DNA of 64,000 bases from Lophium mytilinum (lineage: Eukaryota). The notes under the pieces are model-generated. The model did not search any database, had not been told where the DNA came from, and worked only from the letters and a program-made list of their open reading frames with translations. This document shows, piece after piece, positions 62,499 to 64,000 of this stretch. Numbering within the stretch: the stretch's first letter is position 1; each line of letters begins with the position of its first letter. Location: contig MU004186.1 of assembly GCA_010093605.1 (NCBI GenBank), positions 761,765-825,764 of the forward strand, written 5' to 3'. The translations under genes were made by a program, and so were the position numbers.

Positions 62499-63045
62499 AG
62501 ATCTCCCGCCCTTGGCATGAACGGCTCCGTCAACTTTAACTTCATCATCACGCTCAAGGGTCCAGCCACGCAGACCGAGTCCCAGGGTCTGCTTGATGAG
62601 CCCTGGGAAAGCGCCTGACAAACGCCTGGCACCTGGATACGAGGGCGTGTTTCGACCCTGGACCACAACGGCGGAATGGGCCGAAAATAGGATCAGCCTC
62701 CCATCCTGGCAGGTAAAATATCCAGGCAGGGACCTCGAGGTGGTATTGTCTTTGCTTGTATTTCTTCTGTTGGATGACCGCCCCTTCCTGAATTATCTTC
62801 CTGCGTATCTATTCAAGTCTCATTCGTCACGCGTTTCTCTCCATGGAACCCCGTTGTGCCGTTACCGTTTTACCCTTGCAGAATACAGAGTTTCGGCTCT
62901 CGTCCGACGTCCCACCGAGCAACTTTGCCAACTCCCGTCCGAACACTGTCTAAATGACATCACGACGTCAACACTCCCCAAATGTCCTAAATCTTGAACC
63001 GCCTACTTTCTTCCAAGCCGCGGCTTCTTTCCCCTCTCTTTCGTC

Positions 63046-64000
63046 ATGTCTGCTTTAGTCTACGACGTCGTAATCGTCGGCAGCGGGAATGCAGGTTTCT
63101 GTGCCGCCGCGTCCGCAGTTGAGAGCGGTGCATCCCGCGTGCTCCTCCTCGAAAAAGCCCCCTTAGCGTGGGCAGGAGGCAATTCCACATTTACGGCCGG
63201 CGCATATCGCACAGTCTTTCGCAGCCTCGCCGACGTGCTGCCGCTGGTCAACAATGTGCCGCCAAATCTCACCCCTCAGATCGACATGGCGCCGTACACA
63301 GAAACAGACTTCTTGCACGACCTGCAACGCGTGACGAACGGGCGCTGCGACCCCCAGCTCGCAGCAGCACTTGTTGGCGAGTCGAGGGTCACGACGAAGT
63401 GGCTGGCGCAGAACGGCATCAAGTTCCAATTGAGTTTCAAACGCCAGGCGTACGAGATCGAGGGACGGTGGAAGTTTTGGGGCGGGATGGTGCTGATGGT
63501 GCAGGATGGAGGCAAGGGGCTGACGAGGCAGCACCAAGAGAATGCGAGGAGGAAAGGGGTGGAGGTGAGGTATGAGAGTCCCGTGGTGGGTCTACTCTGC
63601 AATGACGGCGGCCAAGTCACGGGCGTGAGTGTCAAAGGGGAGAACGGGAAGACTTATAGTGTGTTGGCCCGCGGCGGTGTTGTGCTTTGTGCGGGTGGCT
63701 TCGAGGCGAATCCAAGCATGAGAGCGCAATATCTCGGTCCGGGGTGGGATCTGGCATATGTACGTGGCAGCCCTTACAACACCGGTGAGTGCTTGAATAT
63801 GGCGATTAGTGAGGTGAGTGCAAAGTCGGCAGGGAATTGGTCTGGGTGCCATTCTACCTGCTGGGACGCTAATGCTCCGACGGACGCTGGTGATCAAAAC
63901 CTCACGAACCAGTTCACGAAAAGTGGATACCCTCTAGGACTGATGTTCAACGTCAATGGAAGACGCTTTGTAGATGAAGGATTAGATCTACGCAACTACA
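63046..64000 (+). CDS. FAD-dependent oxidoreductase, tricarballylate dehydrogenase TcuA/CobZ-like; runs off the window end
   Basis: Uninterrupted frame MSALVYDVVIVGSGNAGFCAA (GxGxxG), LLEKAP..AGGNSTFTAGA, VVLCAGGFEAN, VRGSPYNTGE, GCHSTCWDANAP and YPLGLMFNVNGRRFVDEG. It is absent from the ORF track because it has no stop in the window. Confidence 0.85.
   Translation, partial: MSALVYDVVIVGSGNAGFCAAASAVESGASRVLLLEKAPLAWAGGNSTFTAGAYRTVFRSLADVLPLVNNVPPNLTPQIDMAPYTETDFLHDLQRVTNGRCDPQLAAALVGESRVTTKWLAQNGIKFQLSFKRQAYEIEGRWKFWGGMVLMVQDGGKGLTRQHQENARRKGVEVRYESPVVGLLCNDGGQVTGVSVKGENGKTYSVLARGGVVLCAGGFEANPSMRAQYLGPGWDLAYVRGSPYNTGECLNMAISEVSAKSAGNWSGCHSTCWDANAPTDAGDQNLTNQFTKSGYPLGLMFNVNGRRFVDEGLDLRNY

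Overview
Gene-dense, intron-containing genomic DNA of a filamentous ascomycete (Pezizomycotina; short GT-AG introns with CTRAC/CTAAT branch points). The left ~44 kb is mostly conserved housekeeping genes: the 3' end of a GT69/CAP59-like gene, a ZIP zinc transporter, SNX41, an AA11 LPMO, SDH8, KAR3/KlpA, LOA1/VPS66, GYP5, PSR1, a U3 snoRNA-associated protein, a Sel1/TPR protein, coronin, SDS22, PEX8 and a TMEM170-like gene. An accessory island at 34.6-38.7 kb holds an intronless gene for a ~400-aa disordered region fused to a C-terminal SUMO-like domain that keeps its diglycine, a cluster of four decayed MITE-like elements and an F-box pseudogene. The right part (46-64 kb) is accessory-like: a galactose oxidase with tandem CBM32 domains, an apparently intact G-protein alpha paralog with all five G-boxes degenerate, a coiled-coil/zinc-finger protein, a HET pseudogene, a secreted carboxylesterase and the 5' part of a TcuA/CobZ-like flavoprotein. 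The most notable items are the putative pseudo-G-alpha, the N-terminally extended SUMO paralog and a ~220-bp TIR element family found at several loci. Gene names come from motif recognition only, with no database searches. Exon boundaries were read by eye. No tRNA, rRNA or CRISPR features were recognised.
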